From NCBI GenBank assembly GCA_002308615.1, contig DBWC01000015.1, positions 1 through 53,373 on the forward strand: DNA of 53,373 nt, given 5' to 3'. Shown one piece after another: positions 1 to 6,877 of this stretch; the stretch's first letter is position 1, and every line of letters begins with the position of its first letter. Source of the DNA: Clostridiales bacterium UBA1248 (GTDB taxonomy: Bacteria; Bacillota; Clostridia; Oscillospirales; CAG-272). The notes beneath the pieces were generated by a model. The model was not told the origin of the DNA. It worked only from the letters and a program-made list of their open reading frames with translations, and searched no databases. A program made the position numbers and the translations under genes.

Positions 1-48
1 GGAAGTTTTTCACTGCGCGTAAACGTGGTGAGTAGGTGCGCACTTAAC

Positions 49-84
49 AAAAGCAGGCTGAAAATAAAATCAGTCTGCTTTTCA
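49..84 (+). terminator. Rho-independent terminator-like hairpin, probably ending a + strand transcript that starts left of the window
   Basis: AGCAGGCTGA (52-61) pairs with TCAGTCTGCT (70-79) across an 8-nt loop with one G-U pair. A T-run follows (TTTTCAT). Confidence 0.5.
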
Positions 85-95
85 TATTCAGTCGG

Positions 96-183
96 TTTAA
101 TGAAGACGTTCGCACCACGGCGCTCACTAATGAAGCGAAGACGCCCGCGTTCCTTAATCAGCTCCGAAGGAGCGTATTCATTA
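96..183. repeat. Mosaic palindromic repeat, copy A, left part (AATGAAG blocks separated by GC-rich hairpins)
   Basis: TAATGAAG at 98-105, CTAATGAAG at 127-135 and ATTCATTA at 176-183. Hairpin GCTCC-GAA-GGAGC lies between them. Block order is homologous to 12234-12444 read in the opposite orientation. Confidence 0.6.
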
Positions 184-467
184 GCTTAGGGTAACGAGAA
201 TTATCCGAACCACGTTTTCGGACGGCATCTCGCCGCTCCTGCTTCGTTAAACCCCTTGCTGTTACGTATAGTAGCACCTGCGGGCTTTGCCTCGCAGGAA
301 CAACGATCTGTTCGTCCGAAAATCCTATAGGACTCAAACGGATGAAATTTGCAGATATTTTCGGCGCGGAGGAAGCAGGAATACGCCGGTATTCCAATGA
401 CGACAAACCGAAAAGAGCCGAAATAGCGCCGTTTGAGCGGGTTCGGATAACTCTTGTTACCCTAAGC
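184..467. other. 284-bp element bounded by 28-bp imperfect inverted repeats and containing nested helices (candidate structured ncRNA, MITE or invertible segment)
   Basis: 184-211 (GCTTAGGGTAACGAGAATTATCCGAACC) is the reverse complement of 440-467 at 26 of 28 positions. Internal pairs are 215-224/313-322 and 333-341/429-437. Hairpins lie at 277-298, 323-332 and 378-395. The only ORF here (158..475 minus) is Arg/Ser-rich and not protein-like. Confidence 0.55.
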
Positions 468-520
468 GTCTTCATTTTTCATTAGCCCGTCCCACGGGCG
501 TCTTCATTTTCGGCGCGACA
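468..520. repeat. Mosaic palindromic repeat, copy A, right part (CTTCATT blocks)
   Basis: CTTCATT at 470-476, TTCATTAG at 478-485 and CTTCATT at 502-508. Hairpin GCCCGT-CCC-ACGGGC lies between them. Confidence 0.6.
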
Positions 521-576
521 AAGAAATTCCAAAATACTTCCTTATCACGCCGCGCCGAACGTGACAGCTCCTCTTT

Positions 577-1668
577 TTATCCGAATATTTTTTTGATCTG
601 ATCAAGATAGCCTGTGCCGTAAACGTTATCGGGCAAAAGATAACTCATCTCCGTCCATTCGTTCCAGCTGTTGACCGTTATCAGGTTTACGCCGTGACTG
701 TCAGCGAATTCCTTTGCGGAAATAAGCGCCTTGCCTATGTTCTCCGGCGTGTTGTTTTTTAGTATGCCCGGTCGGAAATTAATGAACCTCGGGTTGTTGT
801 CCCAGCCGACCGATACGTGCGGATAATACGTCACGCCGAAGGATGCGAATTTCTCCCATTCTTTGACGACGTCCTTCATCACATCGTTATAATCGCGGTC
901 TATGTTTACGAAATGGACGTACTGATAGTTAGTCGTGCTGTCAAAGCCGAGCGCTCTTGCTATCTCGCTTGAATACATATGCTCGCCGTCCACGCCGCTC
1001 AGGTTATGAACGTGCTCTCCCCACAAAATAAGCTGCAGGTGCAGCCCTTTATGTCCGGCTTTAACCGTCTTTTCACGAAAAGCTTCAAGCGCGGCTTTAG
1101 CCTGATCTATGCCGCCCAACCCTTTTATGAGGTTGTCTATATCATATATCGAAAACACGGGACAGCCGTCTATTTTGTAATAATTCGGCTGACTGAAATA
1201 CTTTTGAATAACGCGGCCGCAGACTGTGTCAAACTGCACTCTGTCAACCGATCCGAGCCATACCTGCGTACACTGATCGTCGGACAACCGTTTATCCCAG
1301 GTGTAGCCCGCGTCGTGATTTGCCCACATAAGATAAAATTTCATCTTATCGCGGTTTTTCGCTTTAAGGAATCCGTCGTCAAGACAGCACTCAAGAAACG
1401 GGCGGCGGTCGTACCAGTACCAGTCGTAAATAAAGACGTTTACGCCGTGCGACGACGCAAGCTCTATCTGCTCCTCCATCGTCTCCGGCTCCGCCTCGTC
1501 TTTGTAGCCGAGCGTCGGGACGCGCGGCAGAAGATGCCCGTCAAATTTTGGCGTCGCTTTTCTTACGGACTGCCATTCGCCCTCTCCGTCCGGCCAGAAA
1601 ATGTGCGATCTCGGTTCACGGTTCGTGTAAGACGGCCATATAAAAGCCGCAATATCGTATTTTTTCAT
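577..1668 (-). CDS. GH99-like / WbsX-family (PF14307-type) glycoside-hydrolase-like protein
   Basis: ORF 577..1701, with the start trimmed to ATG 1668 (MKKYDIAAFIW), 4 nt after the upstream stop at 1673. Family-like motifs are VFIYDWYWYD, YLMWANHD and VNSWNEWTE. Confidence 0.7.
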   Translation of the reverse strand: MKKYDIAAFIWPSYTNREPRSHIFWPDGEGEWQSVRKATPKFDGHLLPRVPTLGYKDEAEPETMEEQIELASSHGVNVFIYDWYWYDRRPFLECCLDDGFLKAKNRDKMKFYLMWANHDAGYTWDKRLSDDQCTQVWLGSVDRVQFDTVCGRVIQKYFSQPNYYKIDGCPVFSIYDIDNLIKGLGGIDQAKAALEAFREKTVKAGHKGLHLQLILWGEHVHNLSGVDGEHMYSSEIARALGFDSTTNYQYVHFVNIDRDYNDVMKDVVKEWEKFASFGVTYYPHVSVGWDNNPRFINFRPGILKNNTPENIGKALISAKEFADSHGVNLITVNSWNEWTEMSYLLPDNVYGTGYLDQIKKIFG

Positions 1669-1672
1669 TTTT

Positions 1673-2359
1673 TTACCCCGCATCAAATTCCACGATATCA
1701 ATAAAGATCTGTTTATGTAAATTATATGACTGCTCGTACTGTTTGCTTCCTTTGAGCTTGTTCAAAAGGCTTTCGGACAGAGTGCCGGAGCGCAGGCACA
1801 GAACAAGATCGCCTTTCCACTCATTAAACACTTCAAAATACTTTGCAAAATCCGTGCTTTTGAAATCTATACCGTATTCGTCTATCGCACCGTTCGGGTC
1901 TTTATCGCCGAAAACGTCGGAAAGCGGTGCGAAAACGCCGCTGTTTTTCAGATTTTCATACTGCTGTTTATCGAGGATATAAATAAACGAGTTGCCGGAC
2001 ACGACCTCTGTGGATAACAGCTTTGCGTTATCCGTATTGAGCTGATTGTCGTAGTAAATATCGTTTCTTACGTATTCCGCCGCCAGCTCGCTGTTTATCC
2101 ACAAAAGGTTGCGCACGGAGATGCCGCGGGAGCTCTTCTCCTCCTTCGTCGTATATACGGCGCGCACGGCGGACGTTATATCGTCTATCTGATTTGAGAT
2201 ATTGTCCGGCCCGGCGTACGTTATATAAACGTCGAACTTCTCCTGCGCACTGCACTGTACGACGCAGAAAATGACGATAAACAACACAAAGGCCGAGGCT
2301 AACACCGGCCATCTGTAATAATACCAATAGTTTTTGAACCAGTTTACTATTTTCTGCAT
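1673..2359 (-). CDS. Hypothetical membrane-anchored protein with an N-terminal TM helix
   Basis: 228-aa ORF with an N-terminal hydrophobic segment (WPVLASAFVLFIVIFCVV). It is tightly packed against the downstream gene. No family recognised. Confidence 0.6.
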   Translation of the reverse strand: MQKIVNWFKNYWYYYRWPVLASAFVLFIVIFCVVQCSAQEKFDVYITYAGPDNISNQIDDITSAVRAVYTTKEEKSSRGISVRNLLWINSELAAEYVRNDIYYDNQLNTDNAKLLSTEVVSGNSFIYILDKQQYENLKNSGVFAPLSDVFGDKDPNGAIDEYGIDFKSTDFAKYFEVFNEWKGDLVLCLRSGTLSESLLNKLKGSKQYEQSYNLHKQIFIDIVEFDAG

Positions 2360-2370
2360 GATTTTAATTC

Positions 2371-2394
2371 GGGCTGCCGTTTTTGCGGCAGCCC
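2371..2394. terminator. GC-rich stem-loop between the SPFH gene and the next gene (possible terminator)
   Basis: GGGCTGCCG-TTTTTG-CGGCAGCCC. The T-run follows on the + strand only (TTATTATGTTTTTTT). On the minus strand it lies 11 nt upstream of ATG 2359. Confidence 0.35.
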
Positions 2395-2583
2395 TTATTA
2401 TGTTTTTTTAAAAGTGATGATTAAATCGAAGTGTGCAGTTTGGCTGCAGATTTTTTCGCAGGACGAAGCCGGGAAAACGACGATGTACTATGGTACTTCA
2501 AAGTTTTTCCGGCGATATAATGCGGAAAAAGATGTGTCAAAATGCATTCGGCGATTTATTCAGAACGTATTATTCAGAACGTA

Positions 2584-3879
2584 TTATTCGGGTCTCTTCT
2601 CTCCGCAGTCGGAGCAGAATTTACCGTTGTTTACCGTGCCGCATTTCGGGCAGGTCCAGGAAGCGGGAGCCTCCGGCTTCTTTTCTCCGCAGTCGGAGCA
2701 GAATTTGCCGGTATTCACGGCGCCGCATTTCGGGCAGGTCCAGGAAGCCGCGGGAGCGGGTTTCTTTTCGCCGCATTCAGGGCAGAAGTTGCCGGTCACG
2801 GTCGCGCCGCACTTCGGGCATACCCAGCTGTTGGCAGCGGGAGCCGCGGGCTGTGCCGGCTGTACGGGCTGATTCTGACCCATGGCGTAGAGATTGGAGG
2901 CGTTCATTCCGCCGGCGTTCATAGCCATACCCATGCCTATAAAGCCGTTCATCGCGCCGCCTTCGTTTGCCGCCGCGGTATTCATAGCGGAGATCTGACC
3001 GCCTATCATACGTGCCGCGCCGACGTTGGGATTGAGCGTCATGGAAGTTTCTTCCCACTCGGTTATCTTCTTTCTCTGATCCTCGGGTATGGACGGTACG
3101 CCTATGTTGAGCGAGTTGACCTCGATACCGCGTTTGCCCCACGTATCCTTGAGCTCTATGTTGAGAGCGTCACGGACTTCCGTCGTATGAGCGGGGATCT
3201 GGTCATACGATACGCCGTTTGCGGAAAGCACCGCCAGAGCGGGCTGCAGAGCCTGGATAAGCTCAGCCTTGAGCATTCCGTCAAGCTGTTCGCACTTGAA
3301 TTCGTCCGCTACGTTGCCCATGAAGCTGGTGTAGAGGAGCAGCGGGTCTACGACGTTGTATGAATATACGCCGTTGATCCTCAAGTCTACGGAGAGCTTG
3401 AATCCGAGCTGTTCGTTGATAACGACCTTGAACGGTACGGGATTGGCTGTTCCGAACTTCTTGTTCGGTATCTCCTTCGTGTTGAAGTAGTAAACGCGCT
3501 GATCCTTACCGGTGTCTCCGCCGTATGTAAAACGTCTGCCTATAGTCTTGAACGTCTCGATTATGGACGTGCCGAGCTTACCTGCGAAAAGGCTCGGCTC
3601 AGTGCTGTTGTCCCAGGTGAACTGACCGGGTTCGGCGCAGAATTCAACGACCTTGCCCTGTTCAACGATGATCATGCACTGACCGTCGGCAACGGCGATG
3701 CCGGAACCGTTGGAAATTATGTTGTCGTTGCCTTTGGTGTTGCTGGAACGGCTTGTGATCCTCTTTTCACCTTTGACCATAAGAGTATCTTCCGGGATGG
3801 ATTCACAGTAGAAGAATTCTTTCCACTGGTCCGCAAGAGTGCCGCCTAACGCACCGGTAATAGCTTTAATAAGTCCCAT
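2584..3879 (-). CDS. SPFH/Band-7 domain protein (YdjI / virion-core-like, COG4260-type) with three C-terminal zinc ribbons
   Basis: 431-aa ORF. The N-terminus MGLIKAITGALGGTLADQWKEFF and the body resemble SPFH-family proteins. A Gly/Met/Ala-rich linker precedes three copies of SW.CPKCG....G.FC..CGEKKP. Confidence 0.75.
   Translation of the reverse strand: MGLIKAITGALGGTLADQWKEFFYCESIPEDTLMVKGEKRITSRSSNTKGNDNIISNGSGIAVADGQCMIIVEQGKVVEFCAEPGQFTWDNSTEPSLFAGKLGTSIIETFKTIGRRFTYGGDTGKDQRVYYFNTKEIPNKKFGTANPVPFKVVINEQLGFKLSVDLRINGVYSYNVVDPLLLYTSFMGNVADEFKCEQLDGMLKAELIQALQPALAVLSANGVSYDQIPAHTTEVRDALNIELKDTWGKRGIEVNSLNIGVPSIPEDQRKKITEWEETSMTLNPNVGAARMIGGQISAMNTAAANEGGAMNGFIGMGMAMNAGGMNASNLYAMGQNQPVQPAQPAAPAANSWVCPKCGATVTGNFCPECGEKKPAPAASWTCPKCGAVNTGKFCSDCGEKKPEAPASWTCPKCGTVNNGKFCSDCGEKRPE
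2587..2826 (-). repeat. In-frame tandem repeat encoding three CxxC-x10-CxxC zinc-ribbon modules (28+28+24 aa)
   Basis: SWVCPKCGATVTGNFCPECGEKKPAPAA / SWTCPKCGAVNTGKFCSDCGEKKPEAPA / SWTCPKCGTVNNGKFCSDCGEKRPE. The roughly 84-bp DNA periodicity is visible by eye. Confidence 0.9.
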
Positions 3880-3920
3880 TTTGTTTATATCCTTTCTTTA
3901 TCGTTTATTTTTACAGATTT

Positions 3921-3949
3921 ATTTTATCACAAAACTGCCGCTTTGTCAA
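3921..3949 (-). promoter_or_regulatory. Sigma-A-type promoter for the SPFH gene
   Basis: The minus strand reads TTGACA, a 17-nt spacer, then TGa-TAAAAT (extended -10), about 40 nt upstream of ATG 3879. Confidence 0.5.
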
Positions 3950-3970
3950 TAGTCACAAGTGGTAGTTTAT

Positions 3971-3994
3971 AAAAAAAGACTGCGGTGTGCAGTC
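3971..3994 (-). terminator. Rho-independent terminator of the permease gene
   Basis: On the minus strand, GACTGC-ACACC-GCAGTC is followed by TTTTTTT. It starts at the stop codon. Confidence 0.7.
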
Positions 3995-5102
3995 ATTTGC
4001 AGATAAGAAGATTGAATACGATCAAACCGATAAGAAACGAAAAGCTTATAAGCGAATATACCAAAAAGTATTTTTTGGTATCATTCGGGTATCTCTTAGT
4101 ATACTCTCTGAACGTTATAAGGCTTGCAAGCGATGAGATCAGAGTTCCGACGCCGCCGATGTTCACGCCTATGAGAAGCGGCTTATATGCCTGTGTAAAG
4201 TTTGACAGCAGTATCGCGGACGGTACGTTGCTTATGAACTGACACGATAAGGCGGATACGAGAAGCGGGTTTTTGTTCAACAGCACGCCGAGCGTGTTAT
4301 GGAAAAAGTCTATCCTTGAAACGTTGCCGGAGAATATGAAGAAGAAAACGAACGTAAGCAAAAGCGGATAGTCGACCTTCAAAAACGCTTTTCTGTCCAT
4401 TATAAGTATCACGATCAAGATAATCGGTCCTCCGATGTAATACGGCAGAAAACGGAAAACCATAAGCACGGAAATGAGAAACAGAACGCCGTAAATCATA
4501 CTTTTCACCTTGCTCGGATGTATATGCTCGTCTATTACCTCAAGCGGCTCCGGCTTTACGTAAAAAAGGCATATAAGCGTGATGGCGGCGATGGATAGCA
4601 AAAACGACGGAAGCATTATCAAAAGAAATTCGCCCGTGCCTATATTGAATTTGGTATAAAGATACAAATTCTGCGGGTTGCCGAACGGCGTCAGCATACC
4701 GCCTAAATTAGCCGCGACCGTCTGCATTATAAAGCAGAACGTTATGTATTTCTGCCTGCCGCAGTCCTTTAACACGTAATAACCGAGCGGCAGAAACGTT
4801 AAAAGCGCCATATCGTTGGCGATCGCCATTGAGCCGATAAACGTTATGTAAACGAGCGCGAGCACGCACGCGCGCGTGTTTTTAAAAAGCTTTACCGTGT
4901 TTTTTGCAAGCGTATAGAAAAATCTGATATTGCGCAGAGCGCAGACGACGGCGAGCGTACAGAAAAGGCACGTCAGGGTCTTGAAATCAAAATATTCAAT
5001 ATATTTTCCGTCGGGCGGCACGATGAACGCGGTCAGAAGCGCCAGCAGCGCCGCGATGCACATAACGATGTTTTTATGTATGAAGGTCAGTACTTTTTTC
5101 AA
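3993..5102 (-). CDS. ArsB/NhaD-superfamily (citrate-transporter-like / SLC13-type) anion permease
   Basis: 369-aa polytopic membrane ORF. The motif GGMLTPFGNPQNLYLY is typical of this permease superfamily. Confidence 0.65.
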   Translation of the reverse strand: MKKVLTFIHKNIVMCIAALLALLTAFIVPPDGKYIEYFDFKTLTCLFCTLAVVCALRNIRFFYTLAKNTVKLFKNTRACVLALVYITFIGSMAIANDMALLTFLPLGYYVLKDCGRQKYITFCFIMQTVAANLGGMLTPFGNPQNLYLYTKFNIGTGEFLLIMLPSFLLSIAAITLICLFYVKPEPLEVIDEHIHPSKVKSMIYGVLFLISVLMVFRFLPYYIGGPIILIVILIMDRKAFLKVDYPLLLTFVFFFIFSGNVSRIDFFHNTLGVLLNKNPLLVSALSCQFISNVPSAILLSNFTQAYKPLLIGVNIGGVGTLISSLASLITFREYTKRYPNDTKKYFLVYSLISFSFLIGLIVFNLLICK

Positions 5103-5134
5103 TTTATCGCCTCAATTCCGATGAGGGATAATAG

Positions 5135-5162
5135 CACAAAAGGGGACCTTTGTCAAGTCCCC
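5135..5162 (-). terminator. Rho-independent terminator of the dockerin gene
   Basis: On the minus strand, GGGGAC-TTGACAAAG-GTCCCC is followed by TTTTGTG. Confidence 0.6.
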
Positions 5163-5184
5163 TTTATTAAATAATTTTGAAAAT

Positions 5185-6333
5185 TCAAAAGTCTTTCAAA
5201 CTCGCAGCTTTGAATTTATCAATTTCAGCGCAAATATTGGTGTCCTCCGTATCAGGATCCGTGTGTTCAGGTTCGGTAACCGGTTCTCCGGAATTGATCT
5301 CCGCGACCTTCGTTATATACATTACGCCGTCAATAAATGTGTCTGTACCTTCCCCGCTTGAATACTTCACCTCTGCCAGCACCCAAAGCTCAGCGCCGTA
5401 TGGTATGGCACGCATTATAATCTCATAATAGCCGTTTCCCGGATCCGGGAAAATGGATTTTATTTGATTTCTCAGACTTTTCACGTCAAGTTCAATGTCT
5501 TCAAACGGTTCCATTTTTGCATCGCAGGTTCTGGAAACTATTTTAAGTACATCACCGCTTTTACTGATCGTCACCGAAATATCGTCAATACGATATATCC
5601 CGTTGAATTTCTTTCTGAAAACTATACTGTATTTGTTTTCATACGTATTTACGACAACGTCACAATCGTCGGTTTCCGTACCCGCATATTCATGCAAAAC
5701 TTCTTTTGCATATTCAATTATATCATCTTCATCCGACTGTTCATTTACCGGAGGCTCAAATCCTTCCGCTCTTTCGCCCGAAAGATTTTCATACGTTGCT
5801 AATTTGCCTGATTCCTCGCAAAACGTAAACAAACCGTCATCCGACAGATACATATCATATCCTTCATCATAAGCGTCAAACGAAAATGACTCAAGATATT
5901 CAGCGATATGATTTGTGCCGAATATATTCACGGTTCTGTCATCCATATTGTTTTTGGTCTTTCTGTTATCAGACGAGAGAAATTTTTTTCCTACGTAAGG
6001 TTTAGCTGTGCCGCCACCTGTACCGCCCTGTCCCACGGCGTACAAATAAATCTTGTTTGCCGCGGACTCTGCTCCGCCGCTTAACTCTCTGAACAGCGCG
6101 ATCACATCTTTATTGTCAACGTTGCCGTCCTCATTGAAATCGTACGCCGATTCGTCTTCTGCTTTTTTCCCACCCGAAACGTATCTGAATAAAACAACAA
6201 CGTCTTTATTATCGGTTTTTCCGTCGCCGTTTATATCTCCTTTTATAATCTCGTTGTTTTGTGCCAATACAAGCGTACCGATCACGGCAGCCGTCATAAC
6301 TATCGCCAAGACTATTGAAATAATTCTTTTCAT
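5185..6333 (-). CDS. Secreted protein with an N-terminal type-I dockerin and an uncharacterised C-terminal domain
   Basis: A signal peptide (MKRIISIVLAIVMTAAVIGTLVLA) is followed by two EF-hand-like dockerin segments. These are DINGDGKTDNKDVVVLFRYVSGG and DFNEDGNVDNKDVIALFRELSGG. Confidence 0.75.
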   Translation of the reverse strand: MKRIISIVLAIVMTAAVIGTLVLAQNNEIIKGDINGDGKTDNKDVVVLFRYVSGGKKAEDESAYDFNEDGNVDNKDVIALFRELSGGAESAANKIYLYAVGQGGTGGGTAKPYVGKKFLSSDNRKTKNNMDDRTVNIFGTNHIAEYLESFSFDAYDEGYDMYLSDDGLFTFCEESGKLATYENLSGERAEGFEPPVNEQSDEDDIIEYAKEVLHEYAGTETDDCDVVVNTYENKYSIVFRKKFNGIYRIDDISVTISKSGDVLKIVSRTCDAKMEPFEDIELDVKSLRNQIKSIFPDPGNGYYEIIMRAIPYGAELWVLAEVKYSSGEGTDTFIDGVMYITKVAEINSGEPVTEPEHTDPDTEDTNICAEIDKFKAASLKDF

Positions 6334-6387
6334 AGAAATCTCACCTCTGTTATAAGTAACAACGTGCGTTAGTCAAAATCGTTTATA

Positions 6388-6864
6388 TTATTTGAATTTT
6401 ATCTGTATACTGTCCTTGTCAGGCTCAAATTTGACCAATTTTACGCCCGCCGCGCGAAGCATACGCTTGGACGCGAGAACGGACGGAGTGCCGTCGTACT
6501 TGTCGGAAAGATATACGACCTCTTTTATCCCCGCCTGTATTATCGCCTTTGCACACTCGTTGCACGGAAAAAGCGCGACGTACAGCTTTGAGCCGTTCAA
6601 ATTTCTGCCGCCGGCGTTCAATATCGCGTTCAGCTCCGCGTGGACCACGTACGGATATTTTGTCTCCTCGCCGTCTCTGTTCCACGGAAATTCATCGTCC
6701 GAGCAGCCGCGCGGAAAACCGTTGTAGCCCGTCGATATGATGCGTTTATCCTCGCCGACTATACAGGCGCCCACCTGCGTGTTCGGATCCTTGCTCCTCA
6801 TGGAGGCAAGCAGCGCCACGGACATAAAATACTCGTCCCAGCTTATATAATCTTTTCTTTTCAT
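6388..6864 (-). CDS. dCMP (deoxycytidylate) deaminase
   Basis: 158 aa. Zinc-ligand motifs HAELNA and PCNECAK are present, along with WDEYFM..A.L.S.RSKDP..QVGA, all typical of dCMP deaminase. Confidence 0.85.
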   Translation of the reverse strand: MKRKDYISWDEYFMSVALLASMRSKDPNTQVGACIVGEDKRIISTGYNGFPRGCSDDEFPWNRDGEETKYPYVVHAELNAILNAGGRNLNGSKLYVALFPCNECAKAIIQAGIKEVVYLSDKYDGTPSVLASKRMLRAAGVKLVKFEPDKDSIQIKFK

Positions 6865-6877
6865 CCCTTGACCTCCG

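Noticed and set aside
184-467. Known housekeeping RNA (SRP/4.5S, 6S, RNase P, tmRNA) or group II intron domain
   Set aside because: GGAGGAAGCAGG superficially resembles the SRP helix-8 GGAAGCAGC. The preceding GNRA-capped stem is absent, however. No RNase P GAGGAAAGUCC, no tmRNA tRNA-like end and no domain V consensus were found.
158-475. 105-aa ORF on the minus strand inside the inverted-repeat element
   Set aside because: The sequence is Arg/Ser/Leu-rich and low-complexity, with no RBS. It spans both inverted-repeat arms and the nested helices, so the region is better explained as non-coding.
979-1704. Long antisense ORFs opposite real genes. Examples are 979..1704(+), 2542..3363(+), 19013..19969(-), 22717..23538(+), 23825..24937(+), 28489..29109(+), 42269..42901(+) and 47440..48414(+).
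   Set aside because: These are shadow ORFs on the strand opposite genes with clear family signatures. Their products are Arg/Val/Phe-rich and not protein-like.
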